From the human T2T-CHM13v2.0 reference genome, Homo sapiens: 64,000 bases of DNA. Shown here piece after piece: positions 39,741 through 51,528 of this stretch (within the stretch, counting starts at the first letter, position 1; every line of letters begins with the position of its first letter). Below the pieces are notes generated by a model. The model had not been told where the DNA came from. It ran no database searches and was given only the letters and a program-made list of their open reading frames with translations. The stretch lies in assembly GCF_009914755.1 (NCBI RefSeq), contig NC_060936.1; one strand, 5' to 3'. The position numbers were made by a program, and so were the translations under genes.

Positions 39741-40479
39741 CAAGAACTATAATTATTTTGAGAAAAAGGAAAAGTAATCCACCTTAAGTATTATTTGCCA
39801 CCTTAAGTATTATTGTCTCTGCATATCTACAGATAAAAGAGGTGATATATATAGCTACATGTAAATAATATACAAAATGTAAGATATCTGATTTAAAATA
39901 TGTAATTCTACTTATATTTCATATTAGAAAAATACTGTAATTGAAGGAATAGATACGAGTCATATAAATGTTTCATTACAAGAAATTTTATTTTGAAAAT
40001 TATCCATTCAAAGATTAATATTAACAGTAAAATTATTTTTAAAATATTTCCAAGTTAAATGCACCTATTTACATTTACATTTTACTCTACTTTACAATGT
40101 TTGTTATGTTTTTACTTTACAGAGATTGGCTAAAATTTTCCTATATCTCAAAGCACAGTGTTTGCTTGCTTCACCTAGTATATTTTGAAGAGTTATATCT
40201 CCTGCACTTTTATTTATATATTATAGCACATTTAATCTTCACAGAAACCTATGAAATAGTTCTATTATTAACCTTCCCAAGATGATACAGCTAAAATGTT
40301 TTAGAGCTGAAATTATAATACAAAATTGTGGATCCAGGCTATTCTCTCTGTCCAACTATACAACACGGTATGTTTTACCTTTGATACACACATACTGATG
40401 TTTGACCTTAGATAAATAAAACAATGGTTTATTTAAATTGATTATTTAATATTAATAATTTTTTTTGTCTCTGCTTCAT

Positions 40480-41130
40480 TTTTGAAATGCACAATTTTGA
40501 TACAATTTTCCTTTTCAGCTATATTCATTTCCAGATCATTTTTTTCCAAAAAGTCTTATATGTACTATGTTCTTTGAGTCCTTGCATGTTCAAAAATATC
40601 TGTGAAATTTTTATTCTGGGGACAAATTTTTTAATGGAATACTATTGGGTAACATTTTTCTTAGGACACTGAGACATTGCTTCATTTTCTTCTGGCACTA
40701 ACAGTTACAGTGGAAAAGTCTGAAGCCAGCCTAATTATTTTTCACTGTTTAGGTCACTTGCTGTTTCTCTCTGGAGGCTAGTAAGATGTTTAGTAGACCT
40801 TGAACCTTAGTAACGTCACCAGATGTTGACTGGGACTTTATGTTTCCAATCTTTTCTGGAGAATTTGCAGTTTGTTATGCTTAATATCTTTCTTTTAAAA
40901 TTTGCAGTTTCTTATGCTTAATTTCAACACAGACCTCTTCTACTTTACCTTTGAATTTTTATTTCTGCTGAATTCATTGTGATCTATTTTCTGAGATAAT
41001 AACTATATTGTGTTGAAATTCACAACATAATTATGGCAAAAAATTATTTTGTTTTTTTCCCATAACTATCATTTTTCTCTCTAGTCAGTTTTATTGTTTT
41101 AGAATTTTATGAATCCTGCCTTTCTTCTAC
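40480..41130 (-). mobile_element. HAL1/L1ME-like old LINE fragment
   Basis: ttctttgagtccttgcatgtt..cttctggca..tggaaaagtctgaagccagcctaatt. Confidence 0.5.
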
Positions 41131-41149
41131 TGACTTTAGCAAATATTTT

Positions 41150-43430
41150 GAAATATGCCCAAAGAAAGCATAAAAAAGGCCTGCCCTTCAAGGAAACCTA
41201 CTCTAACAGGGCCGTATCTGGTGTGAACTAGGGGCAACCAGCCAACTCTAGCCCCGCCTAAACTTCCTATCTCATATAAGGAAAAGAAAAAAGGGGGCTA
41301 AGGATTTATTCTGAATGTTACAGCCCAGGAACACAAATCTACTGAAATCATATATTTAATCGTAAGATGATAGAATGGTTACCCTCCCAACACCTTACCA
41401 CTATATCAACAGGGCTTCTGTATAAAAACAAGAGCTCACAACTGAGAGAGGTTCAAGACACAGACTCTGTTTAATAAGGAGTTTTTAGAAAAACCCAAAG
41501 ACAAGAGGAAGAAAACGTTCAACAAGGAAATTACTGGAAACAGAAGGTCGTGGCACCTGTAGCTACTGCAGACATTCAACACAGCCCAACCCTGCCAGAT
41601 TAGCATAAAACTTTTACACCAAATGCCTGTTTACTTTAGTGCCTATTACATAATACATCATGTCAAGTTTTCAATGAAAAAATTACATGGCATTTTAAAA
41701 GGCAAGATAAAAAGTTTGAAGAAACAAAACAAGCATCAGAACATGACTCAGGTATGACACAAATTTTGGAATTATCACATAGAGAATTTAAAACAATTAC
41801 AACTAATTTGCTAGTAATTAATAAAATGTAGACAAAATGCAAAAACAGGTAGGTAATTTAAGCAGAAAGATGGAAATTCTAAGACAGAATCAATAGGAAA
41901 TTCTAGAAATCAAAGACACCGTAATATAAATAAAAAATGCTTTTGTTGGGCTCTGTAGTAAACAGATGGCCAAGGGAAGAACCAGTGAGCTTGATGATAT
42001 GTCAATGGAAACTTCCAAGAGTGAGATATAAAGAGAAAACTTTTTTTTAATGCAACAGAATATCTAAGAAGTGTAAGACAATTACAAAAGATGTAACATA
42101 TGCAGAGTGGAAATACCAGAAGTATAAGAAAGATAGAAAGGAAGAGAAGAAATATTTGAAATAATAATACAGTATTTTTCAAAATTAATAACGGACACCA
42201 AACTACATATTCAGGAAAGTCAGAACACTAAGTAGAATAAATAACAAAAACCTATACCTAAGAATATTGTATACAAACTTCAGAAAACCAAAGACAAAGG
42301 GAAAAGCCTGAAATAATCCAGGCCAGGGGGTGGGGGCCTTATCTTTAAAGGAATAAATGTAAGAATTGCACTGAATTTCTCATCAGAAACCATGCAAGTG
42401 AGAAGACAGTAAAGTGAAATATTGAGTTTTCAAAAAAAGAAACCCAAATTCTAGAATTATGTATTCATTCAGATTAGCTTTCAAAAATGAAGGAGAAATA
42501 AAGACTCATTCAGTCAAACATAAATGGAGGAAATTTGTCACCAGCAGGTCTGCTTGCAAGAAACCCTAAAAGTTCTTTTGAGGGAAGGAGAATGATATAA
42601 GTCAGAAATGTGGACCTACATAAAAAGTGGAAGAGCAGAGGAGAAGCAATAAATTGAGAGAAATTAAAATGTCTTATTTCTCTTATTCTTAATTCATCTA
42701 ATAATAGTTTTTCAAAATAGTAATAGCCACAATGTATTGGGAGATTATTGTATGTAGACAAATGAAATAAATGGCAATGCTATAAGGAATGGGGGAGAGA
42801 AATCAGGAATACTTTGTTTATAGCAGTTTTATTCATAATTGTCCAAAACTGGAAACAATAAAGATATTCTTCAATGGATGAAGGATAAACACATAGTAGT
42901 ATATCAATACAATAGAGTATTTTTCAGAAATTTAAGATAACTGAGCTATCAAGTCATGAAAAGACAAAGGAAAATTTAATGCCTGTTGCTAAACGAAAGA
43001 AACCAGTCTGAAAAGCTTACATGTGGTATGATTTCAAACATATGACATTCTGAAAAAGGCAAAAATATAGAGACAGTAAAGAGATCACCAGTTGCCAGTA
43101 GTTGGGAAGGGCTGGGTAGGGATGAATAGCGAAGCAGTGTGCATTTTTAGGGCCATGAAACTGTTGTGTTTGATACTACAGTGGTGGACGCATGACATCA
43201 TGCATTTGCCAAAGCCCATTTAACTGTACAACAAAAGTAGTGAACTTTAATATAAACCATAGACTTTCATTAATAATGATGTATTAATATTGGTTCATTA
43301 GTTGTAACCAATGTCTCAAACTAACGCAAGATACTAACAATAAGGGAAGTCTATGCAGGAAGGGGGAGGGTATTTTGAGAATCTCTGTACTTCCATTTCT
43401 ATTTTTCTACAAATATAAAACTGTTCTGAA
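41150..43430 (+). mobile_element. L1MC-type element: 5'UTR/ORF1 joined directly to an L1MC1-like 3' end
   Basis: ORF1 relics (gaaatatttgaa, ttctcatcagaaaccatgcaag, ttcaaaaatgaaggagaaataaagac), then gagctatcaagtcatgaaaagac 3' end. Confidence 0.8.
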
Positions 43431-44699
43431 ACCCTTCACTATTTGTTTTAATATCAATAACAAAGATTAATATATTCATTTACTCAGTAATTTGCCTTAA
43501 TTTTTAAGTACCTGCTATATCTCAGACACTGTACTTGGGGCACAAGCCCTTGTGAAATAATGTAATGAAAACATAGACTAATATAATATCATACTGGATT
43601 AAAGAGAGACCACATCTTAACATGAAGTGATTATTCTTAGATGTACTATCAGTCCCACTGTTACTACATCTAGTTATGGATGGGTTGCCACATTCATCTG
43701 CAAGGGTAACCACACACTATGTACATTTCACATAGACTCAATAAATTTCGTGTTCTTTAGCAAATATTTTTTTTTTTAAGGAAAACATTTGAAATCAAAA
43801 GAGGCTTTTACTAGAGCAGGAAACTGTATCACACAGTGCATTAATGGTGTTCTTACTACAGAATATTCTCTGGTTTCCAACTTTTGAGGTCTACGCATGC
43901 ATATAAATGTCAGCAGTCTTAACACTTTTCTCTCAAGTTTTCCAACTCTGACATTTGTTGGCTCTGTTATGAGTAGTATCTAGTCTTTCTTGGGCTGAAG
44001 TTTCTTTGTGTTGTCTAACATAGTTAAATCACTCATTCTAAATTAAATAGACTAATTCATGTACTTGTTTACAAAATGGTATGCTTTTCATCTTGGTTTT
44101 CACAGCTGGTGTAGGTGAATAGGGTTTTTGCTTTAAACTTGATTCTGATTCCAAAACATCATCCAGCTTTCACTCTTTCTACACCTCAACTGTGAATTTT
44201 ACTCTGGCGTTTGCAGCTTGAGATAGCATTCAGTACAGTTTTTAAAAGCTGCTACTAAGTTTTTCCTCTCTCAAGCTTTAGTTTTTTAAAAATATTATTG
44301 TCATCGTTGTTAATGAAAGGAATACTTAGATAATATAAATACATATACTTAAGAATTAAAAGTAGGATTTTAGTGGGTTTATTAATACTTATCTAAATAT
44401 TTGTAAAAGTGACTATGTCATGGCTTAGGTAACTTAGATACCAAATAAACACATCGAAAAAATCAGAAATGCTTTCCTTTTACAAAGGAAAATTTAGATG
44501 TTTTGTTTGTGACAACCAGGGATTTTTTCCAAGTAAAGACTATAGAATTGTATTTTCACTTAATGCATTAGGTCTAGTCTGAGCTTCTTTAAATTGTGTA
44601 CAGTGCATCGTTTTATACTGCTGTTATTTTTTAAAAATTCTCTATTGATATTGTTGGTCATTTATGACAAAGCAATAACTCTTTCTTGTGCTTAGAATT

Positions 44700-45165
44700 A
44701 AATAATGAATCCTTTATGTAGCCTAAAATATATTTTGCAACATGGCCTCTTGCCTTTCCAACCTCATGCTACCCTGTCACTTGACTCACTTTCCATGTAT
44801 TGAATGACGCTAGTCTTTCACTTCCTCCAATAAGCCAAATTATTTCTCACTACAGTTTCCTTATCTATGTTGTTCCCTTTGTTTTCTATGTGCTTTTCCT
44901 CCTTGCAAAATACCACCACTGATCATTTATGCCTCAGAGAGACCTTCATAGTTTCTCCTCACTCAAATATGTTTCCTGTTGTTTTTTTCCTCCATAGTAT
45001 CCTGCTTTATTTTCCATATCACTTGTTGAATATTTTGTATTTATTGTCCAATTTAATTTCCCCAAAGTGGAATTCTATGGTGACAACAATCATGTTTTAC
45101 TTTCCCATCTCTGTCCCTGGAGCAAGGAAAGGTTCCAATCAATGTTTGTTGAAAGAAGAATGATT
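44700..45165 (+). mobile_element. L2 3' fragment
   Basis: cctcagagagacctt..tcaatgtttgttgaaagaagaatga. Confidence 0.55.
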
Positions 45166-45598
45166 AGCTTCAACTCAATTTCGTTGAGTGGAATTAGTGC
45201 AGAAGTACATCAGATCCAAGTAAAGACCACCCAAATCACCTGTTTCCTCCAACATCCACAGCTTCTATGGCTAGAAACAGTACTTGGTACTGGTGACTAT
45301 TTGGTACACCTCTTGTCCTCTTGTGAACACTTCTGGTACCACTTACTGAATGCTTGCTTTTATGAAGTACCATTCTAGCCACTCAGTGAGAAATACTTTG
45401 AGTTTTCCTAACTTTTCTCCCATTCATCATTTTATAATAGCCTTTCCTTTATTCCTTTAAGAAGTGTTTATTGAATGTTGACATATAAGTCATTGATTGG
45501 TATTTTGAAATCTAAAATGAATAAGAAAAGATAAAAGCTGCAGAGCTGGAGAGATTGGAAGAAGGCAGAAGAGAGAATGTAATACCAATTCATCATTC

Positions 45599-45708
45599 TA
45601 TATATGTGTGTGTGTGTGTGTGTGTGTATACACATATATATATATAAAATTCGGTCCAAATATACATACATACACACATGCACGTGCACACACGCACACA
45701 CACACACA
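45599..45708. repeat. Compound microsatellite (TG)n-(TA)n...(CA)n
   Basis: Read directly from the sequence. Confidence 0.9.
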
Positions 45709-45965
45709 GAAGACTAGAGGGAAATACACCCAGAGATTAACAATGTTTATCTATATGTGCTAAAATTACAATGAAAATGTAAAAAGTTCTTTTTTATGCA
45801 ATTTCCACTTTTCAAAGATTTTAGGTCCTAAATTAAAAAAAATGTTATCTGCCTTCAACCCTTTCTAGATCTTAGCAAATTATCTATTGAACTATGCTAC
45901 CTGGAAAATCCAAAGCTCTTAAAGTTTTCAGTTATAATTTATTATAGTATTCAGATCAGTATTAA

Positions 45966-46349
<384 letters not shown>

Positions 46350-46396
46350 TAATCTCATGTCTGATTTACCCTGTAATTGTATTTCTCAGTTACTAT

Positions 46397-46587
46397 TGAG
46401 TATTACCAGGCTTAGCAAATAAAAATACAGTATACCCAGTGAAATTTGAATTTCTAATAAATGACCATTTTTTATTATAAGTATGTTCTGTGATATATTT
46501 GGAATGTATTTATACTAAAAAAAAATTACACATTGCTTACCTGAAATTCAAATTAACTGAGCATGCTTCATTTTGCTGCAAACTCTA
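46397..46587. mobile_element. MER53 palindromic MITE
   Basis: ttagcaaataaaaatacag..cccagtgaaatttgaattt..ataagtatg / tatttatacta..ctgaaattcaaattaactg inverted arms. Confidence 0.85.
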
Positions 46588-47164
46588 ATTAGTTCAGGAC
46601 TTGAATAGGAAAGAGGAAAAATAAATTTTTTCACACCCTAACAAATCACTACAAAAGTTGCTCATAGAAGCTTGCAAATCTTGGAATCTCTAGAATGGCA
46701 TGGAATATAAAATTCATCAACAAAAGTAAATGTACAATACTTAATACCTCTCATGGGGAATTCAAATGAAGTTTCATTGAAGGTAACTGAATCTAACTTA
46801 ATCAAGGAGAATTTGGGAGAATATGTGTAGAGGCTTGGGGTAGTGGGAGTGGGTCAAAGGACCCACTCCCTTGACCTTTGAAGTCTCCCTTTTAATCCTT
46901 TGAAATCTAAGGTGATATCCTTGAAGTAGCCTGAAATCTTAAAGGCATGTGTTTTAAGGCATAGTAGAGGCTAGGATTTCTGTAAAGTGTGCATAAAGAA
47001 TTTTCTGTGGTTTATAGTGGCCAGCATGAGTCAGTATGTAACATAAGAAGGTATTTGTGGGTTCTGTTATAGCAAAGTCTATTTTAAGCAGATTTGTGAC
47101 CAACATCCTCCTGTAAGAGTTAGCTAGGTATGTGATATAACTCAGGGTAAGTGTCAATGTCCCT

Positions 47165-47624
47165 TATGTCAGGGTTCTCCTAAGAAACAGAACCATCAGA
47201 ATATATGTATATATCTCATAGAGAATTATTTTAAGAAATTGGCTCACAGAATTATGGGGGCTGGCAAGTTCCAAATTTCTAGGGCAGGCCAATAAACTGG
47301 AAACAGGCTGGAGGTGATGTAGCTTTGAGTCTAAAGTTTGTAGGGCAGGATGTCATGCTGGAAGCTCAGGCAGAATTTCTATATTACAGTCTTAAGGCAG
47401 AGTTCCTTCTTCTCTGCCAAACCTCGGTTTTCCCATTCAAGGCCTTCAACTGATTGGATAAACCTCACCTACATTATGGAGACTAATCTCCTTTATGTCA
47501 AGTCAACTGATTGTAGATGTTAATTACATTTACAAAATACCTTAGTAACATCTAGACTAGTGTTTGCCCAAACTACTGGACATTTATAACCTAGTTAATT
47601 TAACACTTAAAATTAACCATTACA
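47165..47624 (-). mobile_element. MLT2 (ERVL) solo LTR
   Basis: gtcagggttctcc..agaaacagaacca start; ..aagtcaactgattgtagatgttaat..aaattaaccattaca end. Confidence 0.88.
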
Positions 47625-49986
47625 CCAAGCTAGATGCTGACATTCTGCCTTGACCACTATTCCTCTTCCTGGTAGATTTTCCCAGGGAGTTCCACATATG
47701 AGGAATATCAAGAAGAAGGAAGTTAAATACGGCATTATTATTAGCCTGTATACTTCCTGATATCTTTGGTAAGCTTTTTGGGTAATCTCAGTCATCATCC
47801 TAAAATGTGACCATTCAGAAGAATAATTTACCCTTTGGGGGTGGAAGAGCTGGAAGAAGATGTGGAAGAAAGTGTGGGAGAAGCTTCAGATGCATGCCTT
47901 TAGCAGAGATATCTGTGAGCAGACTTATGAGAAGACAACCTGTGCCTGAAGGGGTTGCAGAATATAAGTAAAATTAGAATGTATTCAAAGTCCAACTAAT
48001 CATTGCCTTTCTCAAACCGGCCACTCCTTTTGAAAGAACCTAAATCCAATTAAAACAAGCTAAGACATAGAATCCTTATCTTTTTCCTCCTGCAGACCCT
48101 CTTTTAAGTCAGCAGTGTGGGGCTGCCTTGCTAAGGGCCTGAGTTCCCATTTTCTTGGTTGAAGATAGTAGGTAAACAGTGGCAGGGATAGGGATCTTAC
48201 AGGATATTTGGAGAGAGAAGCCATGGGAAAAGGCTGTCTGAGAAGGTAAGAGATTGGGGTAGTTGCAATCTGAATAATAAAGAAAGGTAATCTCATTTTA
48301 TAGTTACAGGCTAGTGTGGCTTAGTAATGCCTTGTTTAAATATATGAATCAACGCAACATTTTCCAAAATTCACTATTTCCAGACCACTTTAGTGATTTT
48401 CATCATATCCATATAAATCAATTATATCACTTAATCTTTTATAAAATCAAATGCAATTTGATTCCTTTAAAAATGTAGCCTCATATTGTCTAACAATTTA
48501 TGTGAAATCATGGGTGATGTTGTGAGTGTATGTATGACATTAAAAAATAAATTTTAAACTTATAAATGCAAACTACCTAAATCTGTAGCTCATACAGCGA
48601 ATTGGGAGTATACCTTACTTTTAATAAAACATTAGTTTTATGTAAGTGAAAATTTAGTTTTTAAACAGGTATTTCCTAAACGCTAACTGTCTCAATAAAT
48701 ATGTCAATTATGTTATTAGTTTTCCTATGCACCGTGATTGCAGAATAACTGAGGCAGTCAAAATTCCTGTTTTAATTGAGTTTACTTTTCAAGTTGGGGT
48801 AACACACGAAAAAGAATATTTTAAATAATGATATAGTCTATAAAAAAAAAAGGTTAAAAGAAAAGTAAGTTACTGAGAGGGTGAATTTTTATATTTAATG
48901 TGGCTGGGTAAAATCAATATTCCCTTCTTGAAAATCATTCAGAGGCAACATGAGGGATACAAAATAGAAACATTAAGTCTCTTCTATAAAAATAAATGAA
49001 AAAAAGCACAGATGTATTAGCAAGAACCCTAACATATTAAAGAGAAGAAAGGATTGTCCAAATAGTGCATACCAATAGGGGTATAGAGAAAGTATCCTTG
49101 TGGTTGCAGAACTTAATTAAAAAGCCATAAGCATGGCTTACTGTTAAGTAAGTGGCACAATCCTAAGATTCAAAAGCAACAGTTTCTTGTTTGCCAAATT
49201 GGCAATAGGGTGCCTGGACTGATGGGAGTGGGGATGCTTCTCCAGGGCTGGCTTAGTTTTAAGAATGAAAAGATGCAGAATGGTGAGTGGGAAATCATAC
49301 AGACAACACACAGGCAGGTTAGTCCAAGGGGGGATGAGAGATTCTTCACATCATTGTAAGCTGCCTGCCCCTTGTTAACCTCAATATTTTTTGATAAGTA
49401 AAAGCTAATAAATGTTTCACAAACACCAGCCTAGGGAATAAAAAACATTTCCAGCCAGCCTGGAATATAACACTGGTACATCCTTTGGAAAAACCTCCTT
49501 CAAATAATCAGGCTAGCAGAAAAATATGTTATTCACACATGAGTTATCATAATGGAACCAGCAACAATATAAACTCTAAAAACTCCAGGCTGCCTATTCT
49601 AATCCCTAGAGCAACCCCTAATAATACAACAGAAAAGGCTGGATGACTAAAAAGTAAATAGATACATTAAAATAGAATTTTAAAACACACTCAAATAATC
49701 AAAAAGAAAAAAATGAATAAGGAATAGAGGATAACAAAAAAACAAAAATAGAATACAAGCAGATCATAAAGAGCAAAAAAGTCATAGACCTAAAATTAAA
49801 CACATCAATTCCTTTAAATGTGAATCAACTAAACAATTAAAAAGCAAAGGCAGAGGTTATCAACGTAGATTTTTTCAAAAAAGGAGAAAATACTACATAA
49901 TAACAAAAAAGAATGCACTATTGGCAAACTCACATTGAAGCTGAATTTTTTAAAAAAGCATTATACTGATTTAAAGAAGCCTTATT

Positions 49987-50400
49987 TTTATTAGTCTGTT
50001 TTACGTTGCTCTAAATAAATACCTAAGACTAGGTAGTTTATATAGAAAAGAGACTTCTTTGGCTCATGGTTCTGCAGGCTGTACAATCATGGCACTGCAT
50101 CTGCTTAGCTTCTGGTGAGGCCTCAGGAAGATTTTAGTCATGGCAAAAGAGAAGGGGAAATGGTGTGTCATATGGCAAAAGAGGGAGCGAGAGAGAGAGA
50201 CAGGGGAGAGTTGTCACACTCTTTTAAACAATTAGATCTCACACGAACTCATTACCACTTGTTACTGCAGGGAGGGCACCAAGCCATTCTATGAGGGATC
50301 CATCCCCATGACCCAATATCTCCCACTGGGCCCCACTTCCAAAATTGGAGGTCACATATCGACATGAGATTTGGAGGGGACACACATCTAAGTCATGTCA
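49987..50400 (-). mobile_element. MSTB-like MaLR solo LTR
   Basis: tattagtctgtttt..ggctcatggttctgcaggctgtaca..gagatttggaggggacacacatc; cttat flanks both ends. Confidence 0.88.
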
Positions 50401-50776
50401 CTTATACAATGGATATATATTCTATGATTATATTCATATCAAATTCTAGAATAGGCAAATTCTCTCAGTCTGTTTGAGTTACTATAGAAAATACTTGAGA
50501 CTGGGTAATTTATAAACAACAGAAACTTATTTCTTATAGATCTGGAGGCTGAAAGTCCAAGATTAAGGTGTCTAGTGAGGGCCTTGTCTTTGTTTCCAAG
50601 ATGGTGTTTTGTTGCTTCTTCCTCTAGAGGAGACAATTGCTGTGTCCTCACATGGCAGAAGAGATGGAAGGAGGTGAACTCACCCCCTCAAGCCCTTTTG
50701 TAAGGGTCTCGTCTCAACCATAAGGACTCCACTGTCATGATTTAATCACTTCCTAAAGCCCCACCTCTTAATATTA

Positions 50777-51528
50777 CAGGTTGAGTATCCCTCAGCAAAA
50801 ACTGTTAGGACCAGGAGTGTTTTGGATTTGGGATTTTTTTTCAATTTCAGAATATTTGCATATACATAACTGAGGATGGTACTGAATCTAAACACAAAAT
50901 TTATGTTTCATATATACCTTATACATATAAACTGAAGGCAATTGATATAGTTTGGATATTTGTCCCTTCCGAATCTCATGTTGAAATGTGATCCCCATTG
51001 TGGAGGTAGGGCCTGGTGGCTGGTGTTTGGGTCATGGGGGCTGATCCTTCATGAACATCTTGGTGCTGTCCTCATGGTAGTGAGTGAATTCCCATTCTAT
51101 TAGTTCCCACCAGATCTGACTGTTAAAAAGAGCCTGGCACCTCCTCTCCTCTGTCTTCCTCCTCTCACCATGCAATGCCTGCTTTCCTTTCCCTTCCATC
51201 GTAAGTGGAAGCGTACTGAGGCCTCCACCAGAAACAGATGCTGGTGTCATGCTTCTTGAACAACCTGCAGAACTGGGAGCTAAATAAACCCTTTTTCTTC
51301 ATAAATTATTTAGTCTCAACTATTCATTTATAGAAATGCAAATGGACTAAGACAGTAATTTTATATAACACTTTTAATAATTTTGTGTATGAAACAGTGT
51401 TGACTGTGATCCATCACTTGAGGTTAGGCATCAAATTTTTTACTTGTGGCAATGTGTCAGCACTCAAAAAGTTTCAGATTTTGGAGAATTTCAAATTTCA
51501 AGTTTTCACATTAAGGATGCTCAGCCTG
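50777..51528. mobile_element. MER2 (Tigger/TcMar) split by an MST LTR
   Basis: TA|CAGGTTGAGTATCC ... GGATGCTCAGCCTG|TA terminal inverted repeats with TA TSD. Confidence 0.88.
50943..51354 (+). mobile_element. MSTB-like MaLR solo LTR inside MER2
   Basis: TGATATAGTTTGGATATTTGTCCC...AATGGACTAAGACA; TSD gcaat/gtaat. Confidence 0.9.
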
